64,000 nt of DNA from assembly GCA_030059665.1 (NCBI GenBank), contig JANVYR010000001.1, forward strand, positions 160,001-224,000, read 5' to 3'. Below, one piece after another: positions 47,266 through 56,567 of the stretch; position 1 is the stretch's first letter; every line of letters starts with the position of its first letter. The translations under genes and the position numbers were made by a program. This stretch comes from Candidatus Calditenuis fumarioli. Its GTDB lineage: Archaea > Thermoproteota > Nitrososphaeria_A > Caldarchaeales > Calditenuaceae. The notes beneath the pieces were generated by a model, which ran no database searches, was not told the origin of the DNA, and saw only the letters and a list, made by a program, of their open reading frames with translations.

Positions 47266-47961
47266 TCAGACCATTCGCCTCCTCAGGTGAGGGTTCGTCT
47301 CGATAAGCCGCTTGAGGACGCCGGAGAACGTCTCCTCCCCGGAGAGCTCCAACTCGCGGTAAAGGCCCGTTCGACCGTGATCCCGCCTCCTCCTCAGCAC
47401 CCTAACCCTCTCCCTCAGCGCTCTGGGGTTGACCCCGATCAGCTTCGCGGCCTTCTCCACGTCCAGCTCCACCGGGTACTCCAGGTGACCGTCCTCGACG
47501 GGGATGATCGCCATCAGGGACTTGTTCATTCCGGGAACCCTGATCCCCCTCCTGATGCCGTCCAGATCTATCTTCCCTGCGACGTTGTAGAACTCGTGCT
47601 CCGAAGGAAGCATCTCCACCAGCGGGAAGGAGATCGAAGTCAGCTCGTCCAGGTAGATGTAGCCCTTGACCGCGTAGGTTGGCGTAGCCTGGACCACGAC
47701 CCTCCTCGCCCAGCCGCCGAGGGCCTCCTCTATTCGGGCCTGCAGGAGCTCCGGGTTCACGGTGTGGGGTATGAAGGCGTCCACGTCGCTATCCTCGTCG
47801 ACGTCACCCCTCGCGACGCTGCCGTAGACGAACGCATCGGTTATGCCGACCTGGTGCAGGACCGAGAGTATACGCTCTGCAACCCCACGCTTCTCGCGAA
47901 GTATCCTCCACCTCCTCTCGTCGTAGACCACCTTCCGGTACGCGGTACCCTCCTCCGCCAC
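47266..47961 (-). CDS. Predicted archaeal nucleotidyltransferase (COG2413-like)
   Basis: YGSVARGDVDEDSDVD, VQATP, EFYNVAG, RVPGMNKSL and HGRTG. Start estimated at GTG 47961. Confidence 0.8.
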   Translation of the reverse strand: MAEEGTAYRKVVYDERRWRILREKRGVAERILSVLHQVGITDAFVYGSVARGDVDEDSDVDAFIPHTVNPELLQARIEEALGGWARRVVVQATPTYAVKGYIYLDELTSISFPLVEMLPSEHEFYNVAGKIDLDGIRRGIRVPGMNKSLMAIIPVEDGHLEYPVELDVEKAAKLIGVNPRALRERVRVLRRRRDHGRTGLYRELELSGEETFSGVLKRLIETNPHLRRRMV

Positions 47962-48051
47962 CGCACGGAGACAGCACCACCCGGAATTAAACCACCGGCG
48001 ACAGCGATGGGACCCGGTAGCCTTATCCGTCCGGAAAGAGGTGAAGGGAGG

Positions 48052-49437
48052 ATGCACGAGCTGGTGGAGAGGATCTGGAAGAGGATCAAGGAGAACGAGT
48101 CGAAGTACGTCAACGACCTGAAGAGGCTGCTCGAGCAGAAAGGCGTCTCGGCCACCGGAGAGGGGATCGAGGAGTGCGCCTCCACCGTCCGGGAGATGAT
48201 GGAGGAGGTGGGCCTGAGGGCAGAGCTGATCAGGACGCGCGGAAACCCGGTAGTTTTCGGGGAGTTCAGGGAAGAGCGCCACGGCACCCTGATGTTCTAC
48301 AACCACTACGACGTCCAGCCCCCGGATCCCGTCTCCGAGTGGACCACGCCACCCTTCGAGCCCTCGGTGAGGAACGGCCGCGTATTCGCGAGGGGTGCGG
48401 CCGACAACAAGGGGAACCTCGTAGCCCGTCTGAAGGCGATCGAGGTGGTTAACGAGGTGGCGGGGGAGCTTCCGGTGAACCTCAAGATGGTCGCGGAGGG
48501 CGAGGAGGAGATCGGGAGTCCACACCTGCCCGAGTTCGTAGGGATGAACCGGCACCTGCTCGAGGCCGACGCCTGCCTCTGGGAGATGTCCTACATCGAC
48601 GACCGCGACAGGCCCGTGATCGCCCTCGGAGCCAAGGGGATAGTTTACCTCGAGCTGCGCGCCAGGCGGCCCGGTCCGGACCTCCACTCCTCGTGGGGAG
48701 CTGTGGCGGTGAACCCAGCCTGGAGGTTGATAGGCGCGCTCAGCGTCATCGCCGACGACAGGGGTAACCCGAGGATCGGAGAACTTCTCGAAGACGTTCA
48801 GATGGACGATCGGTTGCTGGCGCTGGTCGAGCGGGCCGACGTGGACCCCGAGGAGATAGCTCAGGGAGCTGGCGAGCTGATCCCTGAGGTCAGGGGGAAC
48901 GTGAAGGAGGCGGTGAAGCGGCTGACCATGATGCCGGTCGTGAACGTCTGCGGCCTCCTCTCCGGTTACACTGGTGAGGGTTCCAAGACGGTGCTGCCGT
49001 CGAGGGCGATCGCCAAGGTCGACGTCCGTCTGGTCCCGAGGATGAGGCCGGAGAAGGTGGTCGAGGCAGTCAAGAGGGCACTCGCTAAGGCCGGTTACGG
49101 CGACATAGAGGTCGTCCAGCTCGGAGGCTCTTACCCCGCTGCGGTGACCGATCCCGACTCTCCCTTCGTTGAGGCGGTTACCGGTACGGCGCGCGTCGCC
49201 TTCGGTAACGAACCGGTGGTGCTGCCCTCAATGCAGGGCTCCGGGCCGCTCTACCTCTTCGCGGAGGTCCTTGAGCAGCCGACGGTCCTGGCCGGCGTGA
49301 GCAGGCGCGACTCCAGGTACCACGCACCCGACGAGAACCTCAGGATCGACGACTACCTCCGCGGGATATTCCACGTCGCTCTCATGATCGTCAACTTCGT
49401 CCCGATGATGAGGTGGGGTGTGATGCCGTACCGGTGA
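48052..49437 (+). CDS. M20/ArgE-DapE family metallopeptidase
   Basis: YNHYDVQP, RGAADNKG, EGEEEIGS and YHAPDE; SD-like GGGAGG upstream. Confidence 0.93.
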   Translation: MHELVERIWKRIKENESKYVNDLKRLLEQKGVSATGEGIEECASTVREMMEEVGLRAELIRTRGNPVVFGEFREERHGTLMFYNHYDVQPPDPVSEWTTPPFEPSVRNGRVFARGAADNKGNLVARLKAIEVVNEVAGELPVNLKMVAEGEEEIGSPHLPEFVGMNRHLLEADACLWEMSYIDDRDRPVIALGAKGIVYLELRARRPGPDLHSSWGAVAVNPAWRLIGALSVIADDRGNPRIGELLEDVQMDDRLLALVERADVDPEEIAQGAGELIPEVRGNVKEAVKRLTMMPVVNVCGLLSGYTGEGSKTVLPSRAIAKVDVRLVPRMRPEKVVEAVKRALAKAGYGDIEVVQLGGSYPAAVTDPDSPFVEAVTGTARVAFGNEPVVLPSMQGSGPLYLFAEVLEQPTVLAGVSRRDSRYHAPDENLRIDDYLRGIFHVALMIVNFVPMMRWGVMPYR

Positions 49438-50542
49438 TTGCGGGACTGGACTCCCTCGACTTCGCGTTTCTGTAAAGGAGATAGAGCATCCCGGCGAGCG
49501 CCGCAGCGCGAACCAGCGCCATAGTCTGCGGCAGCGTCCACGGGTGGGTCGGCCGATCGGTGGTGAACCAGGTAAGGAGGATGTAGACGTTGCTGATTTC
49601 GAAGGCCGGCCACAGCACAAGCAGCGGTGGGAGGGCTGCAACGAAGGGAACCATCCAGATGACCATCTGGGGCGTGAAGACGTAGCTCGTGAGGAGCCAG
49701 GACCCGATCGCCATCGCACTCTTCTCTAGGAGGCCCGACCTCAGCGAGTAGGACCTGAGCAGGAGGGGAACGAAGAGCGCCAGCCCGAAGAGCTTCGCCG
49801 TCGGAGAGAAGGGGTCGCCGAAGATCCAGACGTACCAGGCGTTCTCCAGTCCCCAGCCCGAGTGGTACCGGACGAACTCCGTCACCCATCCCGGGTTCAG
49901 CAGCAAAACGGGCAACGAGGGGACCAGTGCGCCCGCAACGAAAGCGACGAAGACCCGCTTCCGCTCGCCCCTCGCCTCCATCAGGTAGAGGGGAAGTATC
50001 AGAACCGACATCAGCTTCGTGGCCGCGGCAACCCCCAGAACCGCGCTCCCGAGGGCGTGCCTGCCACGCGTGAAGAGGAGGAGGGAGAGGGCCAGTAGCG
50101 CCGCGAAGAAGTGGTCGAAGTTGTAGATCCCGTACATCACGAGGCTCGGCGAGAGCAGTGCGATCAACGGAAGGTAGGGCTGGTTCAGGTTCAGTCCGGA
50201 CGTCGAGTACGCGAGGACGGCGTATGCAGGCAAGCTGATCAGCCCGAATGCGAAATAGTACGGCAGCAGCTCCGGCCCTCCGGCGAGCCGCGCGAGGTAG
50301 ACCAGGTAGCAGGCGACCGGCGGGTACTCGAGGAAGTAGCCGATGCAGGGCACCTCGCCGTTCCTGAGGTGCTCCTCCCTGTACCAGAAGCTCGCGACGT
50401 CGGAGTACACGGTCCACGGCTGCCCGGGCACGTGAAGGAAGAGGCTAAGGGCCCACGATGCGGCGGCTATGTACGGCACCGCGAATGCAACCGCTTCGAG
50501 CACTGGCCCTCTAAGCCGTCTTGCGTCCATCCGGTCCAGCAT
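49391..50542 (-). CDS. Polytopic GT-C glycosyltransferase, GT87/DUF2029-like
   Basis: YSD, LEYPP, NFDHF, AAATKL and PQMVIW, with about 10 TM helices. Confidence 0.7.
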   Translation of the reverse strand: MLDRMDARRLRGPVLEAVAFAVPYIAAASWALSLFLHVPGQPWTVYSDVASFWYREEHLRNGEVPCIGYFLEYPPVACYLVYLARLAGGPELLPYYFAFGLISLPAYAVLAYSTSGLNLNQPYLPLIALLSPSLVMYGIYNFDHFFAALLALSLLLFTRGRHALGSAVLGVAAATKLMSVLILPLYLMEARGERKRVFVAFVAGALVPSLPVLLLNPGWVTEFVRYHSGWGLENAWYVWIFGDPFSPTAKLFGLALFVPLLLRSYSLRSGLLEKSAMAIGSWLLTSYVFTPQMVIWMVPFVAALPPLLVLWPAFEISNVYILLTWFTTDRPTHPWTLPQTMALVRAAALAGMLYLLYRNAKSRESSPAITGTASHPTSSSGRS

Positions 50543-50759
50543 CCCTCCCCCGTCCGATATATCCCTCTGAACTCGGCTTTGCGCGTGGAGGTCGATCGCA
50601 ACGGAGTTCAGGGCGACGTCGCTCGGCGCGCCGATCCCGATGTAGACCGCGGTGACCGCTCTCCCCGAGGTGCCATTATATCAACGGGACGTTCCGACCT
50701 GGTTGAATCCTAATATTCGGTCGTTGTCGGATAACCTGCACGGCGATGAGGTGAGATCG

Positions 50760-51143
50760 ATGCCCGCACAGGCGTTCTACGTCAAGTTCCAGACGCCCAA
50801 GGACGTGGCGAACGCCACACTGGAGGTCATCAAGCTCGTGAGGAACTCGGGTCGATTGAAGAAGGGGATCAACGAGGTGACACGTGCGGTGGAGAGGGGC
50901 CAGGCGAAGTTCGTCGTGATCGCGGAGGACGTTGACCCACCGGAGATAGTCGCCTTCCTCCCGATACTCTGCGACGAGAAGAGGGTGCCTTACGTCTACG
51001 TTCCGAGCAAGAAGGACCTCGGCGCCGCTGCGGGACTCGAGGTCTCTGCGAGCGCTGTCGCGGTGATCGACCCCGGAGAGGCCAAGGCTTACCTCGAGGA
51101 GCTGGTGAAGAAGGTCAACGAGATAAGGGGTAAGGCGACATGA
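50760..51143 (+). CDS. rpl7ae: 50S ribosomal protein L7Ae
   Basis: [25 protein letters not shown] and VPSKKDLG; GAGGTGA SD upstream. Confidence 0.97.
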   Translation: MPAQAFYVKFQTPKDVANATLEVIKLVRNSGRLKKGINEVTRAVERGQAKFVVIAEDVDPPEIVAFLPILCDEKRVPYVYVPSKKDLGAAAGLEVSASAVAVIDPGEAKAYLEELVKKVNEIRGKAT

Positions 51144-51370
51144 GCACGAAGGAGAAGGCCCCGCCCAAGGTGGAGGAACCGGTCCCAGCGGTGGTCGAGC
51201 ACATAGTGGGCCGGACCGGCGTATACGGCGACATCACCCAGGTCCGCGTCAGGATACTTGAGGGCAAGGACGCCGGAAGGGTTCTGACGCGCAACGTGAG
51301 GGGACCTGTGAGGGTTGGCGACGTGCTGATGCTCCTGGACGCCGAGCGCGAGGCGGAGAAGATCAAGTGA
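51140..51370 (+). CDS. rps28e: 30S ribosomal protein S28e
   Basis: GRTGVYG...QVRVRIL...[11 protein letters not shown]. Confidence 0.96.
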   Translation: MSTKEKAPPKVEEPVPAVVEHIVGRTGVYGDITQVRVRILEGKDAGRVLTRNVRGPVRVGDVLMLLDAEREAEKIK

Positions 51371-51376
51371 TCGGAG

Positions 51377-51568
51377 ATGCCGACCATGCACAGATGCGCC
51401 TTCTGCGGCCGCGAGTTCCCCCACGGGGTCGGTACCCTCTACGTCAAGCGAGATGGATCCCTCCTTTGGTTCTGCAGCAGGAAGTGCCGCGTTTACATGA
51501 TCGAGCAGAGGAAGGATCCGAGGAAGCTGAGGTGGACGGTGGCAGGCTCCAAGTCAAGGACCGGCTGA
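51377..51568 (+). CDS. rpl24e: 50S ribosomal protein L24e
   Basis: CAFCG...G...YVKRDG...FCSRKC...PRKLRWT. Confidence 0.96.
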   Translation: MPTMHRCAFCGREFPHGVGTLYVKRDGSLLWFCSRKCRVYMIEQRKDPRKLRWTVAGSKSRTG

Positions 51569-51578
51569 AGGAGTTTCA

Positions 51579-52475
51579 TCACTCCTCTATCCTGAGCTCC
51601 CTTCCCGAACTGATGAGCTCTGGCTTCTCGAGCAGTTGGATGATCAGCTTGGGCACGTCGCCCCTACGCTTGAGCACCGAGGCGAGCCTCTTCATGACGC
51701 TCCTCGTCCTCTCGTTGAGCCACACGACATCAGACCCTTTCGCCCTCTCGAGGTACTCGTTCCCCATCTTCACCAGCACCTCCCTATCTATCCTGCCCCG
51801 AGCGTAGGCTATGCCGAGCAGTCCGATGTAGACGATCGGCCTCTCGCGCTCCGGAAGCCGGTCCCGCTCGGCCACCAGGTGCTCGAAGAACTCGGTGTAC
51901 TCGTCGATCACCACGGATTCTTCTGCTGCCGCGCTGCGGGGGGCCTCCGTCGTGACGGCCTCTCCTTTCACGGGGGGCTCCGTTGGTCTCAGTGCGGTGC
52001 GCGGTGGCTCGGCGGTGGTAGCGGCGGGCTTCGGTGCGGTCTCCTCGGGAACCGTTTGCACAGGTGGCGGACCGGCATCGGCCACGTTCCCTTGCAGCAC
52101 CAGCGAGCACCACCTGACCTCCTTGTGCGTGAGCTTCGCCCTCTCGTACGACATCATCAGGAACGTGACGAGCTTCGTGACCGACGGCTCCGAGAAGACC
52201 TCGGAATAGGACTGGAAGAACTCGTTCGGGTAGTTCGATTCCAGGGCGTTCAGTAAAATCCTCCTGATGCCGTCGTAGTACCTCGTCATCAGGTCAAGGT
52301 ACGTCGCACGGTCCACGATGCCCATGAGCAGGTTGCGCGTCACGTGGACCATCGCGTCCCTGATGACCTCGAGCTCCCTCAGGCTCGAAATCCATTCCTC
52401 CCGGAGGCCGCCGACCTCAGGGAACTCCGCCTGCCCCGTTCTGCCGGTCGTCCTCTCCCTTACCGCCACCGGCAT
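51579..52475 (-). CDS. Hypothetical two-domain helical protein with Pro/Thr/Ala-rich linker
   Basis: Host-like codon usage and an AT-rich TATA element at 52487-52500, about 25 nt upstream. No family recognised. Confidence 0.7.
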   Translation of the reverse strand: MPVAVRERTTGRTGQAEFPEVGGLREEWISSLRELEVIRDAMVHVTRNLLMGIVDRATYLDLMTRYYDGIRRILLNALESNYPNEFFQSYSEVFSEPSVTKLVTFLMMSYERAKLTHKEVRWCSLVLQGNVADAGPPPVQTVPEETAPKPAATTAEPPRTALRPTEPPVKGEAVTTEAPRSAAAEESVVIDEYTEFFEHLVAERDRLPERERPIVYIGLLGIAYARGRIDREVLVKMGNEYLERAKGSDVVWLNERTRSVMKRLASVLKRRGDVPKLIIQLLEKPELISSGRELRIEE

Positions 52476-52528
52476 GAAGAATGGGGTTTATGATATAAAT
52501 TTTGCACGCAGGGTTATCGGGTGGATCC

Positions 52529-52948
52529 TCAGGCCACCAGATCCGACTCGCTGAAGAAGATCCGGTGTTCGTACTCGTAGCTCTCGGCGCTGTCAGAGGC
52601 GTGGACCAGGTTGTCGGTTATGTCGAGGCCGAAATCTCCCCTGATGGTTCCAGGCTCCGCGTTGACGGGGTCCGTGGCGCCCAGCATCTTCCTGACCACC
52701 GAGATCGCTGACCTCCCCTCCAGGACCATCACGACGACCCTTCTGCCGGCGATGGTGGAGACCAGCTGTTCGTAGAAGTGCTTGCCCCTGTGGACGGCGT
52801 AGAGCCGCTCGGCGTCCTCCCGCCGCATCCTGATCAGCTTCATCGCCACCACTTTCAGCCCCTTCCTCTCGAACCTCGAGATGATCTCGCCCATCAGGCC
52901 GCGCTCGACGGCGCTCGGCTTCAGCATAACGAACGTCCTCTCGCTCAC
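52529..52948 (-). CDS. ndk: Nucleoside diphosphate kinase
   Basis: ERTFVMLKP, HRGKHFY, PGTIRGDF and NLVHASDS. Confidence 0.97.
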   Translation of the reverse strand: MSERTFVMLKPSAVERGLMGEIISRFERKGLKVVAMKLIRMRREDAERLYAVHRGKHFYEQLVSTIAGRRVVVMVLEGRSAISVVRKMLGATDPVNAEPGTIRGDFGLDITDNLVHASDSAESYEYEHRIFFSESDLVA

Positions 52949-53024
52949 AACAGGCCCTCCTACGGTCTGCATTTAATGATGACATGAGCCCCTCTCAGGT
53001 ACCGAAATTAAGCACCGCTACCGG

Positions 53025-53375
53025 GTGAGCGCGGTGACCAGGGTAAGGGTCTTCAGGGTGACGGCCTACAACGACCCCGACACGGGGAGGCCCGGGAAGG
53101 TCATCGAGCTGGTCGAGGTCAGGAGCACGTACCAGCAGGCAGCCAGGGGAGTTGTGTCCGAGGAGTTCGTGATGGCCCAGCAGCTCTTCCAGTCCCTGAT
53201 GACGCAGCTCCAGTCGATGGGGTTCGTCCCGGTCCAGCGCGACCGCTTCCTGCCCAAGATCGTCCTGTACCTCACCGAGGAGGAGTACGAGAGGCTCGGT
53301 GTGAGGTTCGAGGTGAACGAGGAGTTCGAGCTGGTCCTCGAGGAAGGCAGGTTGATCTTCAGGAAGGTTCCGTGA
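53025..53375 (+). CDS. Arcadin-1-like protein
   Basis: DPDTGRPGKVIELVE and PKIVLYLTEEEYERLGVRFEVNEEF resemble the arcadin-1 family from memory; not searched. The start may be 53034. Confidence 0.72.
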   Translation: MSAVTRVRVFRVTAYNDPDTGRPGKVIELVEVRSTYQQAARGVVSEEFVMAQQLFQSLMTQLQSMGFVPVQRDRFLPKIVLYLTEEEYERLGVRFEVNEEFELVLEEGRLIFRKVP

Positions 53376-53381
53376 TGGGCG

Positions 53382-53516
53382 ATGAGGTTCAGGTGCGTCA
53401 TCTGCAGGATAGAGGTCGAGGCGGTCCACGCGGAGGACAGGGGCGACAAATACTACGTCATCTGCCCGAGGGGCCACGAGCAGTACGTCAGGAAGGGGAG
53501 CGTCACCGGTGCGTGA
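53382..53516 (+). CDS. 44-aa zinc-ribbon microprotein (absent from the ORF track)
   Basis: MRFRCVICRIEVEAVHAEDRGDKYYVICPRGHEQYVRKGSVTGA*: CxxC plus CxxxH, host-like codons, ATG 6 nt after the arcadin stop. Confidence 0.7.
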   Translation: MRFRCVICRIEVEAVHAEDRGDKYYVICPRGHEQYVRKGSVTGA

Positions 53517-55239
53517 AGACGAACACCGGCTCCTCGTCCGAGTCCCGGACGCAGTAACCGAACCTCTCGAACTGGACCCTATCGCCTCTCTTGAGGTTCA
53601 GGACGTTTCGCTCCGCGTACCCCTCAACCACCCGCAGGCTCTCCTCGTTGAAGGCGCCGTCCGGACCGAAGAGCGGCCCCGGCACGAGGACCCTCACGGG
53701 AACCGCCGATTCGACCGGCACCCACTGGACCACCCTCATCCCGGGCTCGGGTGGACCGGGCAGCGCCTCGCCGAGGGCCCTCCCGTCTCCTATCTCGAGG
53801 ACCCTCACGTTGGCCAGGTGCTTGAGCCGAAGAACTCCTCCAACGCCCACCTCGAGCAGGTCCTGGAACCTCACGTACAGCTCCCCTGAGGCCCTAATCT
53901 TCCTCGTCCCCATGTGACCCTCCGGGTGGAGCGGCAGCTCGACCTCGACGGGCTCAAAGCCGCGCAACTTCAGCAGAGCTGGGCCGTCTACGAAGAACAT
54001 CCGTGGCGTGGTTCCGTCGATTAGGCGCCTGTTGATGGCGTGCAGCAGTTCCCACGAGTAGACCTTCCGGCTTTGGGTCATGGCCACGTACCTCAGGACG
54101 AACTCCCTCAGCGCCTCCGGCACTATCCCCCTCCGCCTGATCGCCGCCACGGTCGCGAGCCTCGGGTCGTCCCATCCTCCGATCACGCCCTTCTCGATCA
54201 GCGCCCTGATCTCCCTCCTCGCCACCGGCGTGCCCTCGAACTCGAACCTCTCGTACTCGACGTAGGTCGGGTTGGGCATCCCCAGGTAGCTCCTGATCAG
54301 GTCCTGCAGCTCGTTCCTCAGCGCGAACTCGGAGGTGCGCAGGACGTGCGTCACCCCGCAGACGGCGTCCTCTATGCTGACGGCGAAGTCGTACGTCGGC
54401 CATACGTGATAGCGATCGCCCTTCAGGGGGTGCGGGTGGTCGACGATCCGCATGATCACCGGGTCCCGGAGGGTTGTGTTGGCTGACCTCATGTCCCCCA
54501 TCAGCCTGAGCGAGACCTCGCCCTCACCGAACCTGCCCGAGAGCATGCCGTCCCACATCTCGAGGTGCCACTCCCTCTCCCTGGACCGGTGCTCGCACTC
54601 GACGCCCTCAGCCCTGAGCCTCCTCATCCGCTCCCTGTCGCACGTGCATGCGTACGCCTTCCCCTCCTCTATCAGCCGCCTGGCGTGCTCGTAGAAGAGC
54701 TCCATGTCGTCGCTGTTGTTCTTCTCGTGATCCCACCTGATCCCGACCCACGAGTACCCGTCCCTGTAGGAGTCGTAGTACTCCGGTCTCACCTTCCTCG
54801 GATCCGTGTCCTCGAACCGGAGCCAGAGCTTGCCGCCGTACATCTCCTTGTAGAGGTAGTTGAGGAGCCCGCTCAGCGCGTGGCCTATGTGCATGAACCC
54901 GCTGGGCTCCGGCGGCAGCCTCGTCACCACGTTCCCCTTCACGGCGTTCGGCAGCGGCGGCAGCGTCCTCCTCTCCTCCCTCGCCCTCCGCTCGGTCAGA
55001 AGCGACGGGTCTATCTCCGAAAGGGCCTGCGCTATCTCCTCGAGGCTCATGGCGTTCACTCGCTCCACCACGGCCTTCACCTCCCGGAGCAGGAACGACA
55101 TCGCCGCCTTCGCCCCCGGGTCCTCCGCCACGACCTTCGCTATCACTGGCTTCTCCTGGGCCCTGCCGCCGTGGTCGAGCGCGTTCTTCAACGCCCACTT
55201 GTAGAGCAGTAGCCGGAGCCTCGACTCGTCCGTTACCAT
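53503..55239 (-). CDS. gltX: Glutamyl-tRNA synthetase
   Basis: PPEPSGFMHIGH, RFEDTDP, PTYDFA, THVLRTSEF, GWDDPRL and QFERFG. Confidence 0.95.
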   Translation of the reverse strand: MVTDESRLRLLLYKWALKNALDHGGRAQEKPVIAKVVAEDPGAKAAMSFLLREVKAVVERVNAMSLEEIAQALSEIDPSLLTERRAREERRTLPPLPNAVKGNVVTRLPPEPSGFMHIGHALSGLLNYLYKEMYGGKLWLRFEDTDPRKVRPEYYDSYRDGYSWVGIRWDHEKNNSDDMELFYEHARRLIEEGKAYACTCDRERMRRLRAEGVECEHRSREREWHLEMWDGMLSGRFGEGEVSLRLMGDMRSANTTLRDPVIMRIVDHPHPLKGDRYHVWPTYDFAVSIEDAVCGVTHVLRTSEFALRNELQDLIRSYLGMPNPTYVEYERFEFEGTPVARREIRALIEKGVIGGWDDPRLATVAAIRRRGIVPEALREFVLRYVAMTQSRKVYSWELLHAINRRLIDGTTPRMFFVDGPALLKLRGFEPVEVELPLHPEGHMGTRKIRASGELYVRFQDLLEVGVGGVLRLKHLANVRVLEIGDGRALGEALPGPPEPGMRVVQWVPVESAVPVRVLVPGPLFGPDGAFNEESLRVVEGYAERNVLNLKRGDRVQFERFGYCVRDSDEEPVFVFTHR

Positions 55240-55249
55240 CCCGATCGGT

Positions 55250-56461
55250 TCACCCGTGGGCCGTCGTCGAGACGATCTTGATCACGTCCCTGTCCTTCAG
55301 CCTGTAGTCCGCCGGGAGCCTGAGGCCTGTCCTGACGTCGATGGCGTACAGCAGGCCCTTCGCGAGGTCCTTGTGGATCCGCTCGGCGAGGTCCCTCACC
55401 GTCGCATCAGCGGGCACGAGGAACGCGTCGGGCAGCACGTTCCCCTGCCTGTCGGTCAGCGTCCGGACGTCGTAGACCGGATAGACCACGTTCATCCTTA
55501 GCAGCTTGAAGACAGCGACGTTGATCGCGAACTGGACACCGGTGCGCATGTACTTCCCGAAGACGCGCTCGTTGATGACGTCGAGCGCCCACCTCTGCTG
55601 CTCCGTCAGCGCGCTCCCTCCGGTGATCACGAACTTCTCCTCGCCCGGCTTGTACCTGATCAGCCCCTTCTGCTCGGCCCTCCTGAGGATCAGCTCCGCC
55701 TCGGCGCTCACCGGAACCACTATCCTGTCGGGGAACTTCTCCACCAGCTCCTGGTAGAACTTCTCCGATCCCTCGACGTCTATCTTGTTGGCCACGATTA
55801 TCGTCGGCTTGGTCACCTCCCTCAGCACCTGCGCGAATTTCCTGTCGTCGTTCATGTTCCAGTTCTCGAAGTCCTTGTTGCTCAGCCCCGCCAGCCGCAA
55901 CGCCATCTCGATGTGCTGCTCCGTAACCCTCATCCCCCTCAGCGGTTCAGCCATCGCCTCCGGCAGGGACTTCCCTGACCTGAGGGCCCTCGATATCCGC
56001 TCCTCGTTCCTCTCGAGCACCTTCATCAGCCATATCACCAGCTCCTCCTCGATGTCGTACACGTCTGCCACCGGGTTGCCCTTCCCTGGCTCCGTCAGCC
56101 TTCCCTCCTCGTCGACGCTGGCCGACGCGTCGACCACGTGGAGCAGCGCGTCCGACTGGGATGCCACCGAGAGGAACTGGTTGCCGAGCCCCTTCCCGGC
56201 CCACGCTCCCTTGATCAGCCCAGGAAGGTCTATCAGCTCGAGCGGGAGGTACCGCCAGCCGTCGACGCACGGCGCCGACTTGGGGTTGCACTTCACGTTG
56301 AACTCGCTGTCCACGCATGGGCTCAGCGCGTATGCTATGCCGTAGTTAGGCTGCTTAGTGGTGAAGGGGTAGGTGGAGACCTCGGCCGACTGGAGGGTGG
56401 CCGCGTTGAAGAACGTGGTCTTGCCGGTGTTGGTCTTCCCTATCAGGCCGAGACGGATCAA
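55250..56461 (-). CDS. ychF: Obg-family ATPase/GTPase, archaeal YchF-type with TGS domain
   Basis: GKTNTGKTT, YPFTT, DLPGL, GLGNQFL, ANKID and IHKDL. Confidence 0.92.
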   Translation of the reverse strand: MIRLGLIGKTNTGKTTFFNAATLQSAEVSTYPFTTKQPNYGIAYALSPCVDSEFNVKCNPKSAPCVDGWRYLPLELIDLPGLIKGAWAGKGLGNQFLSVASQSDALLHVVDASASVDEEGRLTEPGKGNPVADVYDIEEELVIWLMKVLERNEERISRALRSGKSLPEAMAEPLRGMRVTEQHIEMALRLAGLSNKDFENWNMNDDRKFAQVLREVTKPTIIVANKIDVEGSEKFYQELVEKFPDRIVVPVSAEAELILRRAEQKGLIRYKPGEEKFVITGGSALTEQQRWALDVINERVFGKYMRTGVQFAINVAVFKLLRMNVVYPVYDVRTLTDRQGNVLPDAFLVPADATVRDLAERIHKDLAKGLLYAIDVRTGLRLPADYRLKDRDVIKIVSTTAHG

Positions 56462-56567
56462 GCCCTGTGCTACCTGTCCCAGCTCGACTAATAAGTGATG
56501 GTCCGGCCTGCGGACCGTGGCTTATCGGTGGCACAGGTCTGCCGAGAAAATCGCGTGGGGGTCGGCC

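Noticed and set aside
50543-50680. Coding-like in-frame extension upstream of the GT87-like gene, plus an 8-bp inverted repeat
   Set aside because: No start codon in frame and no recognisable family. I cannot distinguish a gene remnant from a structured 5' UTR.
50735-50810. Kink-turn for L7Ae autoregulation in the rpl7ae leader
   Set aside because: A CGAUGA element is present, but I could not find a partner strand giving the tandem G-A pairs plus canonical stem. It needs a covariance-model search.
52976-52982. ATGATGA as box C of a C/D sRNA
   Set aside because: No properly spaced CTGA box D, and the region is explained by divergent ndk and arcadin promoters.
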